Source of the DNA: Octopus bimaculoides
Lineage: Eukaryota
Assembly: GCF_001194135.2 (NCBI RefSeq)
Contig: NC_069004.1
Span: 27,537,021-27,601,020 of the forward strand
DNA: 64,000 bases
Reading direction: 5' to 3'
Shown here: piece after piece, positions 1-12,997 of the stretch
Layout: the number at the start of each line of letters is the position of its first letter
Numbering within the stretch: the first letter of the stretch is position 1
Notes under the pieces: model-generated
What the model was told of the DNA's origin: nothing
Seen by the model: the letters and a program-made list of their open reading frames with translations, nothing else
Databases searched by the model: none
Made by a program: the position numbers and the translations under genes

Positions 1-9
1 ATATATATG

Positions 10-43
<34 letters not shown>

Positions 44-61
44 CATATATATATATATATG

Positions 62-300
62 CATAGGTACAGTAGTAGCTGTGTGGTAAGTAGCTTGCTT
101 ACCAACCATATGGTTCCGGGGTTCATTCCCACTGCGTGGCACCTTGGGCAAGTGTCTTCTACTATAGCCTTGGGCTGACCAAAGCCTTGTGAGTGGATTT
201 GGTAGACGGAATCTGAAAGAAGCCCGTCATATATATGTATGTGTGTGTATATGTTTGTGTGTCTGTGTTTGTCCCCCCAACATTGCTTGACAACCGAGTG
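62..300 (+). mobile_element. SINE family A (tRNA-like head + core), 3'-truncated
   Basis: A-box-like GCTGTGTGGTAAG, B-box-like GGTTCATTCCC, core GCACCTTGGGCAAGTGTCTTCT, then TG-rich linker and TTTGTCCCCCCAACAT; same sequence recurs more than 20 times in the window. Confidence 0.9.
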
Positions 301-853
301 GCTTTATAAGAAGTTCCACTTGATTTGTATATAAATGTTGTTGATTAAGGCCAACAGAACATTGACCCTTTAGCCCTATGTTAAGTGGTATTCTATTCTG
401 TGTTTTGGGGAGTATGTGGAACATCTGATTGAGTTCTTTCCTGACTTAAGATAGCAGAGTGTAATTTGACTGTGATATGACTGTTATTTCTAGCAGGTTT
501 AGCAATCCTAGAGTTTCCTTCTCATTGTCTCACTTCCCCCCCCCCCACCTTCTTCTCTGACTCTGATGAAGCAAGCCAAAATACATTTAACTGTTTAGTC
601 CATTATGTATTCATATATATTTACACACTATGTACATGTCTGTGTGTCTGGATGCACACACCACGCAAGCACACACAAAGTATGATCTTTCTCCAAATAA
701 TTATTATTAAAGTATTATTGTTCACCTTGTGATCTTCAAGTTTTTATGTTTTTTTCTATTTGTAACCAAAAGCCAGCTTCATTGCAGAAATGAAAATTAC
801 TCAAGAGTGACTTGATTAATAGTAAGGCCATACTTTACAAGTTCACTTGCCCT

Positions 854-890
<37 letters not shown>

Positions 891-1227
891 NNNNNNNNNN
901 TCTCCCAACTATATTAAATAGATGGTGTTACTGTTATTGTTGTAATTCTGTAAATATAGAACTGAAAAGAGGGGGGAAAGGGTTGCAGTGCGTAAATAAT
1001 GAGAAAGAAACAAGTGATATATTTCTACAGCAAGGAATTGCAATTCTTCATCATCATCAGCAGCAGCATCATAATTTCTTTTGCTGTATTTACTAATCTA
1101 ATTCATATAAAATTCCGTGTTACTGCAGTTTAGCCCCAGGCTGCTCCTGATCCAGGACACTTATGATCAAATGCATTGCTCCCATGACTGTTATGTTTTT
1201 TTGTTTTGTTTTATTTTCTCGAGTATA

Positions 1228-1565
1228 TCATCATCATCATCATCATCGTTTAACGTCCGCTTTCCATGCTAGCATGGGTTGGACGATTTGACTGAGGATT
1301 GGTGAACCAGATGGCTACACCAGGCTCCAATCTGATTTGGCAGAGTTTCTACAGCTGGATGCCCTTCTTAATGCCAACCACTCCGAGAGTGTAGTGGGTG
1401 CTTTTACGTGCCACCGGCACGAAGGCCAGGCAGGCGGTACTGGCAACGGCCATGCTCAAAATGGTGTATTTTACGTGCCACCTGCACAGGAGCCAGTCCA
1501 ACGGCACTGGCAACAATCTCGCTCAAATGTCTTTTCACGTGCCACCGGCACAAGTGCCAGGAAGG
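1228..1565 (-). mobile_element. SINE family C' with (GAT)n tail, little diverged
   Basis: Near-identical to 15487-15615 and 22461-22695; tail ...GGACGTTAAAC(GAT)n on the minus strand; three ~65-bp internal repeats starting TTTTACGTGCCACC at ~1404, 1472 and 1535. Confidence 0.85.
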
Positions 1566-1945
1566 CGACATCATTATTCACTATCCTTCTTTTTGAAGTA
1601 GTAGGGTGTGATCTGAGAAAGATTTTGCTGTTGTTTTTAACCAGGCAAGCAACCCCTTACAGGGGCTCCTTTGTTGGTCTTTAAAGTTATAAGTTTATAT
1701 CCCCTGTGTAGCCTGTCATCTGTATTGGTCACATTTATAGTATGACCTGTCCTGGTTTTAAAATAGGCATACTGCATCCCTGCATGTTGTAAGAGAGGAC
1801 TAAAAGGGTTGGCAATTGAAAGGGCATCTGGCCCTAAAAAAAGAGCCACCTCAGAAAACCTGTCTTACCCATGTAAGACAGGTAAAATATATACGGTACA
1901 CTGATGGTGATGATAGTCCAATTTTAATCTTCAAGATTTCTGTCA

Positions 1946-2297
1946 TTTTACTTGTTTCAGTCAGTCATTGGATTGCAGCCATGGTTTTTACATGAAGAAA
2001 TCGGTGCCAGTACTTATTTTTGTAAAAATCTGTTATTCTATTGGTCCCTATTGCTGAGCTGCTAAGTTATAAGAATATAAACAAACCAGCATTAGTTGTA
2101 AAACAACGGTGGTGGAATCAGACAGACCCACACACATGCACATGATGGGCTACAATACAGAGTTTCCATCTACGTTATTCGATCACAAGGTAGTTGTTGT
2201 CCTGGGGCTATCCTAGGTGACACTTGTCCAACGTGCAGCAGGACTGAACATGAACCTGTGTCGTTGCAAAGCAAGCTTCTTAAACACATGCCAGACC
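1946..2297 (-). mobile_element. SINE family A, diverged
   Basis: Tail TTTTACTTGTTTCAGTCA through head fragment GCAAGCTTCTTAAACACATGCC, collinear with young copies. Confidence 0.75.
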
Positions 2298-2854
2298 ACA
2301 AGTTATTTTGGATATGGGAATTTGTGACTGTAATGCTTCTTTCACAATTAAGAACACATGCCAAATAATTTCTACATAGGAACTGAAATGAAGTCTCACC
2401 TACTGCAATTTATTTTATAGAGATTTATATGAATGTTGGCACACATACCAGACAGTTGGTCTGCTTTGCAAAAATTTTGGCATGCTTTTCATAAGTTTTG
2501 GTGCTGAAACAGATATACATCAAATTTACTTGATATATCAAATTTTCTGTGCATACAAGTGCAAATCAAATACTCATTTTTCCTGATTAATAAATAGCAC
2601 ATGAAAGAACTTTATTAAGAATAATTTGTTACTTCTTCTCATGAAAAGTGTAATTTATTAACTCTAATGAAATAAAAAAAAAAAAAAATTTAATCAATCC
2701 ACTACACAAAAACATGCTGTTTTTCACCACATATCGCAGAAAGGGGACTGAATTACTAATCATTTCTGCTCTTGTTTGAAATGGTTTCTAAATTTGTAAT
2801 TCGACTCAGTGTTTCTAATTGTTCCTGCCCTACATGGCAACGACTTTTCTTTTC

Positions 2855-2970
<116 letters not shown>

Positions 2971-4033
2971 NNNNNNNNNNNNNNNNNNNNNNNNNNNNNN
3001 NNNNNNNNNNNNNNNNNNNNNNNNNNNNNNNNNNNNNNNNNNNNNNNNNNNNNNNNNNNNNNNNNNNNNNNNNNNNNNNNNNNNNNNNNNNNNNNNNNNN
3101 NNNNNNNNNNNNNNNNNNNNNNNNNNNNNNNNNNNNNNNNNNNNNNNNNNNNNNNNNNNNNNNNNNNNNNNNNNNNNNNNNNNNNNNNNNNNNNNNNNNN
3201 NNNNNNNNNNNNNNNNNNNNNNNNNNNNNNNNNNNNNNNNNNNNNNNNNNNNNNNNNNTCAATAAAATAAAGTACCACTCAAGTACAGGGGTCAACATAA
3301 TTGAGTTGGCCTTCTTACATTGCTGGCCTTGTACCTAACTTAGAAAGAAATATCATTATTGTTCTAGTAGTCTCTTTCTCATTGCTTCTTATGGTGTATT
3401 TTTTACTTATATATTATTCTTTTTAAAAGTTCTCCGCTAATGGAAATACTTTTCTGGTTTCATTATATTTCCTATTTCTACTTTGTCTTCTCTTAAAAGC
3501 TCATTTTTTAATTAACCATTGTAATTTGAGCCTGATGATAATAAGGAGGGTGCTCATCTTCAAGGTTGAGAATCAGAGGTTTCATGCTGCAACCCTACAC
3601 TCCACTAGTGTTATAGATAAAGCAATGGCATCACCAGTCTATGATGACATTACTCCATCTATATCGTTGTTACTCCACAAACCCATTTTCCATCCACCCG
3701 GCTTACTGAGGTTATGAGGTACTATCTGGAAATGCTTTACACATCTTAACTACCTCTATTCAATTGCATTTTCTGTTAGTACATCACTCAACTCATAATA
3801 CATTAAACCATTCCTGTAGACATTTTTTCATTTATTTTACCATTCCTTTCTCTCACTATGTTTGCATGTGTGTGTGTGCAAGTGCTATATGGAGATAGGC
3901 ATACAAACACGTTCGTACTTGCCTATCTACATCTGTAAACAGCAGCCCTTTTAGGCACCTGATTTTAAAATTGTTATTCTATTGGAGTTTTCGCAATTTT
4001 CCCTTCAAGCTACTTCAAAATTTAAATTTCAGC

Positions 4034-4035
<2 letters not shown>

Positions 4036-4109
<74 letters not shown>
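4036..4109. repeat. (TG)n microsatellite
   Basis: Uninterrupted TG run. Confidence 0.98.
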
Positions 4110-4112
<3 letters not shown>

Positions 4113-4367
4113 ATTGTCCCATAATGTGGTTGTTGCAACACTTTAAAAGTAGAATGTTCTGTTTTATCTTATGTGGTTGTTCCCTTCTTCCTTGTCATCT
4201 GTAAAGAAAAAAAAGAAGAAAAAAAAAAGCAACCAAGCAAGCAAGCAAGCAATTGAAATAACTGTCTATCAGTTTCACTTTAACTAAATGAAAGAAGTTA
4301 TCTGGAAGCACAATGTTAGATCTTGTGTAATACTAACATTCATTTTTCATTGATTCAGTTGTCGTTT

Positions 4368-4565
4368 TAACCCCAGGTTAGCCATGATCATGCAGAGCTA
4401 GCCATGATCAGAAATGTTCCAGCTGGGGGGTAACTTTACCATCATTTTAATCTATTTATTTTCTTTTTGGTTCTGACATATTTTACATAGACTACATTAT
4501 TTAACATATTTCTTCTTTTTGAAGATAGTGGGACTTGGCTGCTATTTCTGGCAGAATATACTCTA
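4368..4565. repeat. Unclassified interspersed repeat (my family D)
   Basis: Motif TTAACCCCAGGT(C/T)AGC..TGATC and downstream TTTGGCTG(C/T)TATTTCT recur at ~1125, 30655, 35115, 36440 and 56780. Confidence 0.55.
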
Positions 4566-4701
4566 ACTCCTGTCTGTAGATACATTGTCTTCTCATTCTG
4601 CTGCTTTCACTGCTACTACAGTAGCCTATGCTCATTGAAAATGGCTGATCATGTACAATCTTCAATAAAGCTCACCTGGTTCACTCATCTCTTTACATTA
4701 C

Positions 4702-4862
4702 CTGTATTGTGTCTAAGCCCTCAGACTCAACACTAATGCTTTTCTCTCCCCTTTCTCCCTGGAGTAAATTCTCTCTGAAATTTCCTCCATGTTCATAGTT
4801 GGGATGAAATGATTTGGCACAGTTGACTGGACATTGTCTATTTTGGTGACTACTTTTTGGCA
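4702..4862 (-). CDS. Candidate internal exon of an unidentified gene (PKSSHQNRQCPVNCAKSFHPNYEHGGNFRENLLQGERGEKSISVESEGLDTIQ)
   Basis: Minus-strand acceptor ...CTTTCTATCTGCATGCATGTTTACCTTCAG, 161 nt with one frame open for 53 codons, donor CAG|GTAATG; unique sequence, no recognisable homology. Confidence 0.25.
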
Positions 4863-4892
4863 CTGAAGGTAAACATGCATGCAGATAGAAAG

Positions 4893-4936
<44 letters not shown>

Positions 4937-4938
<2 letters not shown>

Positions 4939-5160
4939 CAATTTATTGGTTTCAGATTTTGGTACAAAGTCAGTAATTTTGTGGAAGGAGGGAAGTCGAT
5001 TATATTGACCCCTGTGCTTAACTGGCACTTATTTTTATCAACCCTGAAAGGATGTAAAGCAAGGTTGACCATGGCAGAATTTAAACTCAGAATGTGAGAA
5101 TGGACAAAATGGAACTAAGTATTTTTTCCCAGTGTGCTAACAATTCTGCCAGCTCACCAT
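4937..5160 (-). mobile_element. SINE family B2
   Basis: Reverse complement of GAGCTGGCAGAATTGTTAGC...CTGAGTTTAAATTCTGCC...CTTT(A)CATCCTTTCAGGG; same family as 20835-21285. Confidence 0.8.
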
Positions 5161-5169
5161 CTTTCAATG

Positions 5170-5291
5170 ATGTGAATCTTTACTTTTAGAATGACATTGT
5201 AGGGTAGTTGTGAGAAGCCTGATCTGGTCAGTTTGAACACAAAATATGTAGAATATCTGGGCCTGATATGGCCGGTTTGAATGCCAAAGGG
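5170..5291. mobile_element. Right half of a piggyBac-like MITE (family of 61220-61440)
   Basis: Ends ...GATATGGCCGGTTTGAATGCCAAAGGG followed by TTAA; matches the right half of the 61220-61440 element. Confidence 0.75.
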
Positions 5292-6089
5292 TTAAGACAT
5301 CTAATGTCAAATAAGTCGGTGTCCATTCAGTGATGCCAAATAAGTGGCACCAGAACAGCTGTGCCGAAATGTCTCATATCTGTTCATGTTTTCCCTGCAT
5401 CCATTCCGTCACTTTACAGTTGATCAAACAAAACATTAGCCATATGGATTTCTCTGGGCAAGTAGGATCTGTAAATGCCATGGGCACAGCCTCTTCCACA
5501 AAAGCCATTAAGAAAAAAAAAAAAAGGATCAAGTGAACTTATAAGTGAGCTTATAAATTGATACCTTTAATAGGTATCAATTTTCAGCTAATTTCTATAT
5601 CTGCTCACATTATAAATATTCTAATTCTAAATGCATTACTTTGTTTTTCTCTGCTGACAGACTAGTGAGGATACTAAAAGCTAACACAAACCAAAATGAC
5701 TACAATAACCTTGTTAACCTTGAGCAGTTAAAGTTCCATTGATGGAGTGACCCTTTCACACAAAAACATAACTTTACTGTTATTTTATATTAACTGAACA
5801 TTAAAAAAAAAGACAATAAAATGAAATCTTTCTCCTTTCTGCCTGTCTGCTTCATCATAGATAGTCTTCATTTCATTTCTGAGCCACTGAACTGTTTTCA
5901 TAATTGCTTTCTCTCTCTCTCACTCTCTTTTTCTCTTTGTGTGTCTGTGTCTTCTATTTGCAGAGGCATGGCTGTGTGGTTAAGTTTATTTTACAGCCAT
6001 GTTGTTTTGGGTTCAATCTCACAGCTGCTCTTTGACCAATACTTTTGTGTGTAGAATTCAGTAGATGAAATCTCTGCAAATTCCTATCA

Positions 6090-6130
<41 letters not shown>

Positions 6131-6279
6131 TTGATTTAAAAGCAGCAGAAATATCACAAAAACTCAGAGTTTCACTTTCCTGTTCATCGGACAGTTTTGT
6201 TAGAATGGCTATTACTCTTACCCCTGGTATTTGAGTACTCTTTTTTTCCACCTTGTTTCACATTTATGTGCTTACTCCA

Positions 6280-6311
<32 letters not shown>

Positions 6312-8522
6312 CTCTTCGAAACGCCGATGTTTTAATGGTGGCAGCTGATGAAGGATATGTCCTCTATGTGGCCTGCTTGTTTTTTGTACCTTGTTTATCA
6401 TTTTGTCCATGTTCTTTTGCAACGTCATGTACCCAGATATGTATCTATATGTACATGTAGATGAAGGCATGTACATACATGTACATATATATGCATATAC
6501 CCATATATTGTTTGTNNNNNNNNNNTAAAATGGCTCGTCCCATGGATCGCAGATTAAATTTGTATACGCAAATTAAATCTAGCCATGGAGGAATGTAGTG
6601 GCGGACAAAAAACAAGACAGGAAAACAAACAGAAAAGGCTTTACGGCCAGACAAGAAAAATTATGTGTGTATGAACGCGATGAGGCACGAACCCGAGAGA
6701 GACAAAGTGGTGCATATATATATATATATATATTTATATATGTGTGTGTATGTATGTATGTATACACACACACACACACACACACACCTTCTTTTCCAAC
6801 CAGGATAATTGTCATATCTCCCCTTCATCAAAACAATTATTCCTGTCCCCCTGTCATTCTTTAACCTCTCATCACTTGTCATGAAGTCATCTCTCTTACT
6901 ACTACTCTCCACCTCAGTTGAAGGGTCTTGTCTTGCAAGTTACTTGGTGACCTGATGCTAATGCCTCATACAAAGCACCCAGTGCACTCTGTAAAGTGTT
7001 TGGCATTAGGAAGGGCATCCAACCATAGAAATCATGCCAAATCATGCCAATGGCTCACTAGCTCCTGTGGAACTCATGCTAGCATGAAAACAAATGTTAA
7101 ACAATAATGATGTAAAGAGAGAGACCAAGAGAGAGAGAGAGAGCTTACAATTTAGTGGTTGCTGTAATTCACAATAAAAGAACATAGTATTACAAAGAGA
7201 TGTTGATAATCAAGACTCATAGTGTCTAGCTGTGTTGCATGAAGACAATAAAACTGAATTCATGTGTGTTTATTAATATAAATTAATAGAGAGACCTGAC
7301 TTGTTTGTCTTGTATCCTGTAGTCTAAAAGTTGGATAAATTGAGATCAATAGAATCAGTACAAGGTTTGATATATAAATGACTATGTTCATGAATGATAC
7401 TCCAGCATGGCTGCAGTTCAATGACTGAAACCAGTGAAATATATGCACAAACATATACACACATTACACACACACACATATATACATTCACAATATATAT
7501 ATATTTATATGAGAGAGAGAGAGAGAGAGAGAGAAAGATAGATTTGTCTGTTTATCTCATTTTAGTTTTTTCTTTAATCAGAAACTGTCACAGACATTAG
7601 TCATTGAACAAAACTGTTTTTCTAAATTTTCTTTCACTTAAAATTATATTTATTTTTATTTTCATGTTCCTTAAATTGCTTTTTTTCCTTGAGCCATAGA
7701 AATTACCTTCATCTAAATCTAGAAATATCATGGAAAAATTCCACAAAGCTGTCGAGGTAGGGTGAGAACCAAAGTATACAAAACATGTTTCTGGTGAATT
7801 ATTTAGTTTTTATCTCTATAACCTACCTACCTTAATCTTGTCAAACAAATTTTTATGTTTTAGTTTCACTTTTATAATTTCCTTTTTTTTTCAAACGTAT
7901 TTTTACAATATGTCTCTAATTTTTCAGTAAAATGTGAATTTGTTTTTTCTTTCTTCCTGCCCTGTTCTTTCTCAATATGCTATAAGACATATTGTATTGA
8001 TTATTAGTTCTAGATGTTCGCTTACTGATTATTGTTACTACATCATATCTCTTCATATTGTTGTTCAATAATCTGCTATAGAATTGAACTTGGTTAATTT
8101 TCAAGCTGGTTATTGTTTGCTTTGGGTTTCATTTCATAAAATATAATGGTACAGCTGCATGTGTTTTGGGGCTTGATACTGTAGTAATTTTGGGGTTAAT
8201 TTAAAACAAAAATATATATATATATACATGTGTGTGTACATATATATGTGTGTGTGTGTGTGTGTGTATGTGTGTATATATATATATATATACATCTGTG
8301 TGTATCTATATATCTCTCTATATATATGTAGATACATGTGTGTGTTTATATATATATATGTATATATATATATATAAATGTGTGTGTGTGTGTGTATGTA
8401 GCATTTTTAAGTTTATCTCAACAGGTATTCTATAGAATTCAAAGCCAGCACTCAAGTTACAACAATTCATATATGAATACTTCTATCTAAACAATGCATT
8501 CAAAGATGGAAAAAGAATAGGC

Positions 8523-8576
8523 AATGGGTGTATATGCATATTTCAAGAGTTATTCCTCTTTCATCAGCACTACATC
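8523..8576 (-). ncRNA. Minimal type I hammerhead ribozyme (Penelope/retrozyme type)
   Basis: Minus strand GATG-TA-GTG CTGATGA AAGAG GAATAA CTCTT GAAA TATGCATA TA CAC C CATT: both core boxes intact, 5-bp stem II, palindromic stem III (ATATGCATAT), stem I GTG/CAC. Confidence 0.7.
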
Positions 8577-8639
8577 CAGCCCATCAACCATCCGTCATTT
8601 GTGTATACATATATATATATATTTATGTATATACACGTT

Positions 8640-8800
8640 GCAGACTTCTTCCAAGTTTCATCTTTGAAATCCACTATAAGGACTTTGACAACCCTAAGAT
8701 ATAGTATAAGAAGCTTATCCAAGTTACTGTACAGTGGAACTGAACCCAATACTACATGATTGGGAAGCAAGATTATTAATCGCACAGCCACGTTTGCACC
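8640..8800 (-). mobile_element. SINE family A/C head fragment, diverged
   Basis: CAGTGGAACTGAACCC...GGGAAGCAAG...CACAGCCAC matches the reversed head. Confidence 0.7.
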
Positions 8801-9754
8801 AAGAATCTATCTAATCTATATAACTATATATATATATATATATATATNNNNNNNNNNNNNNNNNNNNNNNNNNNNNNNNNNNNNNNNNNNNNNNNNNNNN
8901 NNNNNNNNNNNNNNNNNNNNNNNNNNNNNNNNNNNNNNNNNNNNNNNNNNNNNNNNNNNNNNNNNNNNNNNNNNNNNNNNNNNNNNNNNNNNNNNNNNNN
9001 NNNNNNNNNNNNNNNNNNNNNNNNNNNNNNNNNNNNNNNNNNNNNNNNNNNNNNNNNNNNNNNNNNNNNNNNNNNNNNNNNNNNNNNNNNNNNNNNNNNN
9101 NNNNNNNNNNNNNNNNNNNNNNNNNNNNNNNNNNNNNNNNNNNNNNNNNNNNNNNNNNNNNNNNNNNNNNNNNNNNNNNNNNNNNNNNNNNNNNNNNNNN
9201 NNNNNNNNNNNNNNNNNNNNNNNNNNNNNNNNNNNNNNNNNNNNNNNNNNNNNNNNNNNNNNNNNNNNNNNNNNNNNNNNNNNNNNNNNNNNNNNNNNNN
9301 NNNNNNNNNNNNNNNNNNNNNNNNNNNNNNNNNNNNNNNNNNNNNNNNNNNNNNNNNNNNNNNNNNNNNNNNNNNNNNNNNNNNNNNNNNNNNNNNNNNN
9401 NNNNNNNNNNNNNNNNNNNNNNNNNNNNNNNNNNNNNNNNNNNNNNNNNNNNNNNNNNNNNNNNNNNNNNNNNNNNNNNNNNNNNNNNNNNNNNNNNNNN
9501 NNNNNNNNNNNNNNNNNNNNNATATATATATACGTAGACACACAGACACACACGTGTTTGTGTGTGTATGTATATATGTGTGTATGTATGTGAGTGTATG
9601 TATATATGTGTATGTATGTATATATGTGTATGTATATATATATATGTATGTGTATATATGAATGTGTATATGTTATATACATGAATATTTATGTATGCGT
9701 ATATATGAATATGCATGTTGTATATATGAATGTATATATGTTATACACATGAAT

Positions 9755-10146
9755 AAGCGCAGGATTCGCTGTGTGGTAAGTAGCTTGCTTACCAACCACA
9801 TGGTTCTGGGTTCAGTCCCACTGCGTGGCACTTTAGGCAAGTGTCTTCTACTGTAGCTGCGGGCTGACCAAAGCCTTGTGAGTGGCTTTGGTAGACAGAA
9901 ACTGAAAGAAGCCCGTCGTACATATGTATATGTGTGTATATGTTTGTGTGTCTTTGTTTGTCCCCCCACCATCGCTTGACAACCGATGCTGGTGTGTTTA
10001 CATCCCTGTAACTTAGCAGTTCAGCAAAAGAGAACGATAGAATAAGTACTAGGCTTACAAAGAATAAGTCCTGGGGTCGGTTTGCTCGACTAAAAGGCGG
10101 TGCTCCAGCATGGCCGCAGTCAAATGACTGAAACAAGTAAAAGAGT
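9755..10146 (+). mobile_element. SINE family A, full length, little diverged
   Basis: Complete head, core, TG linker, body and AAGTAAAAGAG tail. Confidence 0.92.
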
Positions 10147-10261
10147 ATGTATGTATGTGTATATATGAATGTGTATGTTGTATACATGAATATGTATATA
10201 TATGTGTGTGTGTTTGTGTGTAATGTGTATATGTATGTATATTCACAGATATAGCCTAACC

Positions 10262-10556
10262 CAAGGGTTTCAAACTGTGGTCCGCGGACCACAGGGGGTC
10301 CGCAAGGACAAGACGGGGTCCATAAACAGCAAATATTTTTTATGGGCAATTTGATTTTATGTATGTTTTTTTAATCGAAATCTTTTAATTGACAATAAAC
10401 CTATTTGTTAAATGCTGTTAAATAAATAAATGTAAAAATATATGTTATTTTAAGCAAATATTTATGTATAAATTTCATAAACTTTTATAAGGGGGTCCCT
10501 AAGGTAAAGCCTGAAATATAAAGGGGTCCACAAGTCAAAAAGTTTGAAAACCCCTG
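10262..10556. mobile_element. hAT-type MITE, 295 bp, with 8-bp TSD
   Basis: TIRs CAAGGGTTTCAAACT / AGTTTGAAAACCCCTG; perfect TSD GCCTAACC at 10254-10261 and 10557-10564; sits in a SINE-C tail. Confidence 0.92.
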
Positions 10557-10694
10557 GCCTAACCCATGCCAGCATGGAAGATGGACATTAAAAGATAATT
10601 ATTATATACATATATACAATATACACATGGGTTAATATTTTTTGTGTGTGTGTGTGTATATGTATATGCATGTGTTTGTGTATATGTATATAAT

Positions 10695-10975
10695 AGTTGG
10701 GTGGTGATCATACTGTAATACCAAGGTCAGTTACCTTTCTCATAGCCTCAGATTAACCCAAGCCCTGAGTAAATTCAAGTAGATGGGAGCTCTACAAGCC
10801 CCACCAGATGGACTGTACCTTAATTTAAAGGTCTAACCATGTCACACTCTCTCGCTATGATTCTACTTGAGAATTACATTAAGGGGTTCATTCATCTGAG
10901 GAATATACAGCCATTTTGCATGCTTATTCAGTAAATAGGGTTGTTTAGATTGTACAATGGGATGCTCATACCTCA
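10695..10975 (+). mobile_element. SINE family E body, diverged
   Basis: AAGGTCTAACCATGTCACACTCT...GAGAATTACATTAAGGG matches 59860-59990. Confidence 0.65.
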
Positions 10976-11279
10976 AAATCGATATAGATTCAATCATGTA
11001 CGTGTACGCGTGTGTGTGTGTGTGTGTGTGTCTGTGTCTGTGTGTGTGTGTGTGTGTGTATTTGTATATATATATATATACACACACGCATACACACACA
11101 GGTATGTATATGTGTGTTTATAGATATATGTTCATAGATGTAAACATGCACGAGTTTATATCTATGCGCATGTGTGTGTGTATATATGCATGTTTGTGTG
11201 GCAACATATTCTCGCAAAAGTATTACTTCATGCTTTAGCGAAAGCGGCATTCATTGGATGGCATGACAATGAAGTTTTG

Positions 11280-11470
11280 GGGAAATGGTAACATAATTAT
11301 TATTGATGTTCACTGTTGCGTGAAGGTATGTGTTGTATGCTTGTGGTTGGTTTACTTGATGGATCCTCGTTTCATTACATCCGGTCGATAGCTGTTGTAG
11401 TTTGCATGGGTATGCACTGGTTGACTCTTGTTGTTTGATATCTCACTCATGTATCTTGTATATAAGCCAG
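11280..11470 (-). pseudogene. Possible decayed Penelope-like RT-thumb fragment
   Basis: Minus frame HTHANYNSYRPDVMKRGSIK, then (restoring one base) HRAYN, resembles the PLE YLxYxSxHP..KRG.IK.L..RA pattern; stops and frameshifts present. Confidence 0.35.
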
Positions 11471-11685
11471 CTGTGATGTAAAAACAGGGAAAAAAAAAAA
11501 AAAAAGGGGAGAAAAACAAAATCCCTTATTCCCTGTACATGACTCTATTTCTCTGCAGGAACGTATCATAAAGGATTGACGAATTTGAAGACCTAGCCTC
11601 TACTGATGCAACAGTGATAAATTTTGGATAAAAATAGTGATATATCTTCTGGTAAAATATTGATTTTATATATATATAAACATAG

Positions 11686-11717
<32 letters not shown>

Positions 11718-12096
11718 GTATATACATACATATACATATATATACATACATATACATATATATGTACACACACATATATAAATATACACATACATATACA
11801 CACATATACACATACATACATATATATATACATATNNNNNNNNNNNNNNNNNNNNNNNNNNNNNNNNNNNNNNNNNNNNNNNNNNNNNNNNNNNNNNNNN
11901 NNNNNNNNNNNNNNNNNNNNNNNNNNNNNNNNNNNNNNNNNNNNNNNNNNNNNNNNNNNNNNNNNNNNNNNNNNNNNNNNNNNNNNNNNNNNNNNNNNNN
12001 NNNNNNNNNNNNNNNNNNNNNNNNNTTAACAAATAATAATTTCACCAAGTAGTTTGATATGTTAAAAGAACCATTATTGGTAAACTTATAAAAAAT

Positions 12097-12267
12097 TTTT
12101 ATAATTATAAGCATAATTATAATTAGGATTCATAAAAAATTGCTTCACCACGTACCAAAATTTAGAAATAGCAGTTTAGCTGTATTTAACTGCTATTTCT
12201 AAATGTCGGTATGTGGTGAAGCAATTTTTGCTGAACCCTAATTATAATTATGCTTATAATTATAAAA
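12097..12267. repeat. Fold-back: 80-bp arms with 6 mismatches, 11-nt loop
   Basis: 12097-12176 is the reverse complement of 12188-12267 at 74/80 positions. Confidence 0.95.
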
Positions 12268-12296
12268 TTTTTGTATATATATATATATATATTAGA

Positions 12297-12437
12297 TAAG
12301 AAGTGCATCCAGCTGTAGCAACTCTGCCAGATCAGATTGGTGCCTGGTACAGCCATCTGGCTCACCAGTCCCCAGTCAAATCGTCCAACCCATGCCGGCA
12401 TGGAAAGCGGACGTTAAATGATGATGATGATGATGAT
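12297..12437 (+). mobile_element. SINE family C' 3' part with (GAT)n tail
   Basis: GCATCCAGCTGTAG...CCAACCCATGCCGGCATGGAAAGCGGACGTTAAATGATGATG. Confidence 0.85.
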
Positions 12438-12485
12438 ATATTACATACGCACATATATATAACCATGCACACACACACATATATG

Positions 12486-12997
<512 letters not shown>

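Noticed and set aside
555-600. CTGATGA-AGCAAGC-CAAAA hammerhead-like string
   Set aside because: GAAA box is CAAA, and no stem III/NUH or convincing stem I can be formed.
1285-1320. CTGAGGA..GAAAC in the antisense strand of SINE-C'
   Set aside because: No pairable stem II and no GUH after stem III in any copy.
7723-7761. 39-nt plus-strand exon-like segment (also acceptors at 5660, 11557, 16379 and a donor at 19312)
   Set aside because: Too short or containing stops in all useful frames; they cannot be chained into a coherent gene without transcript data.
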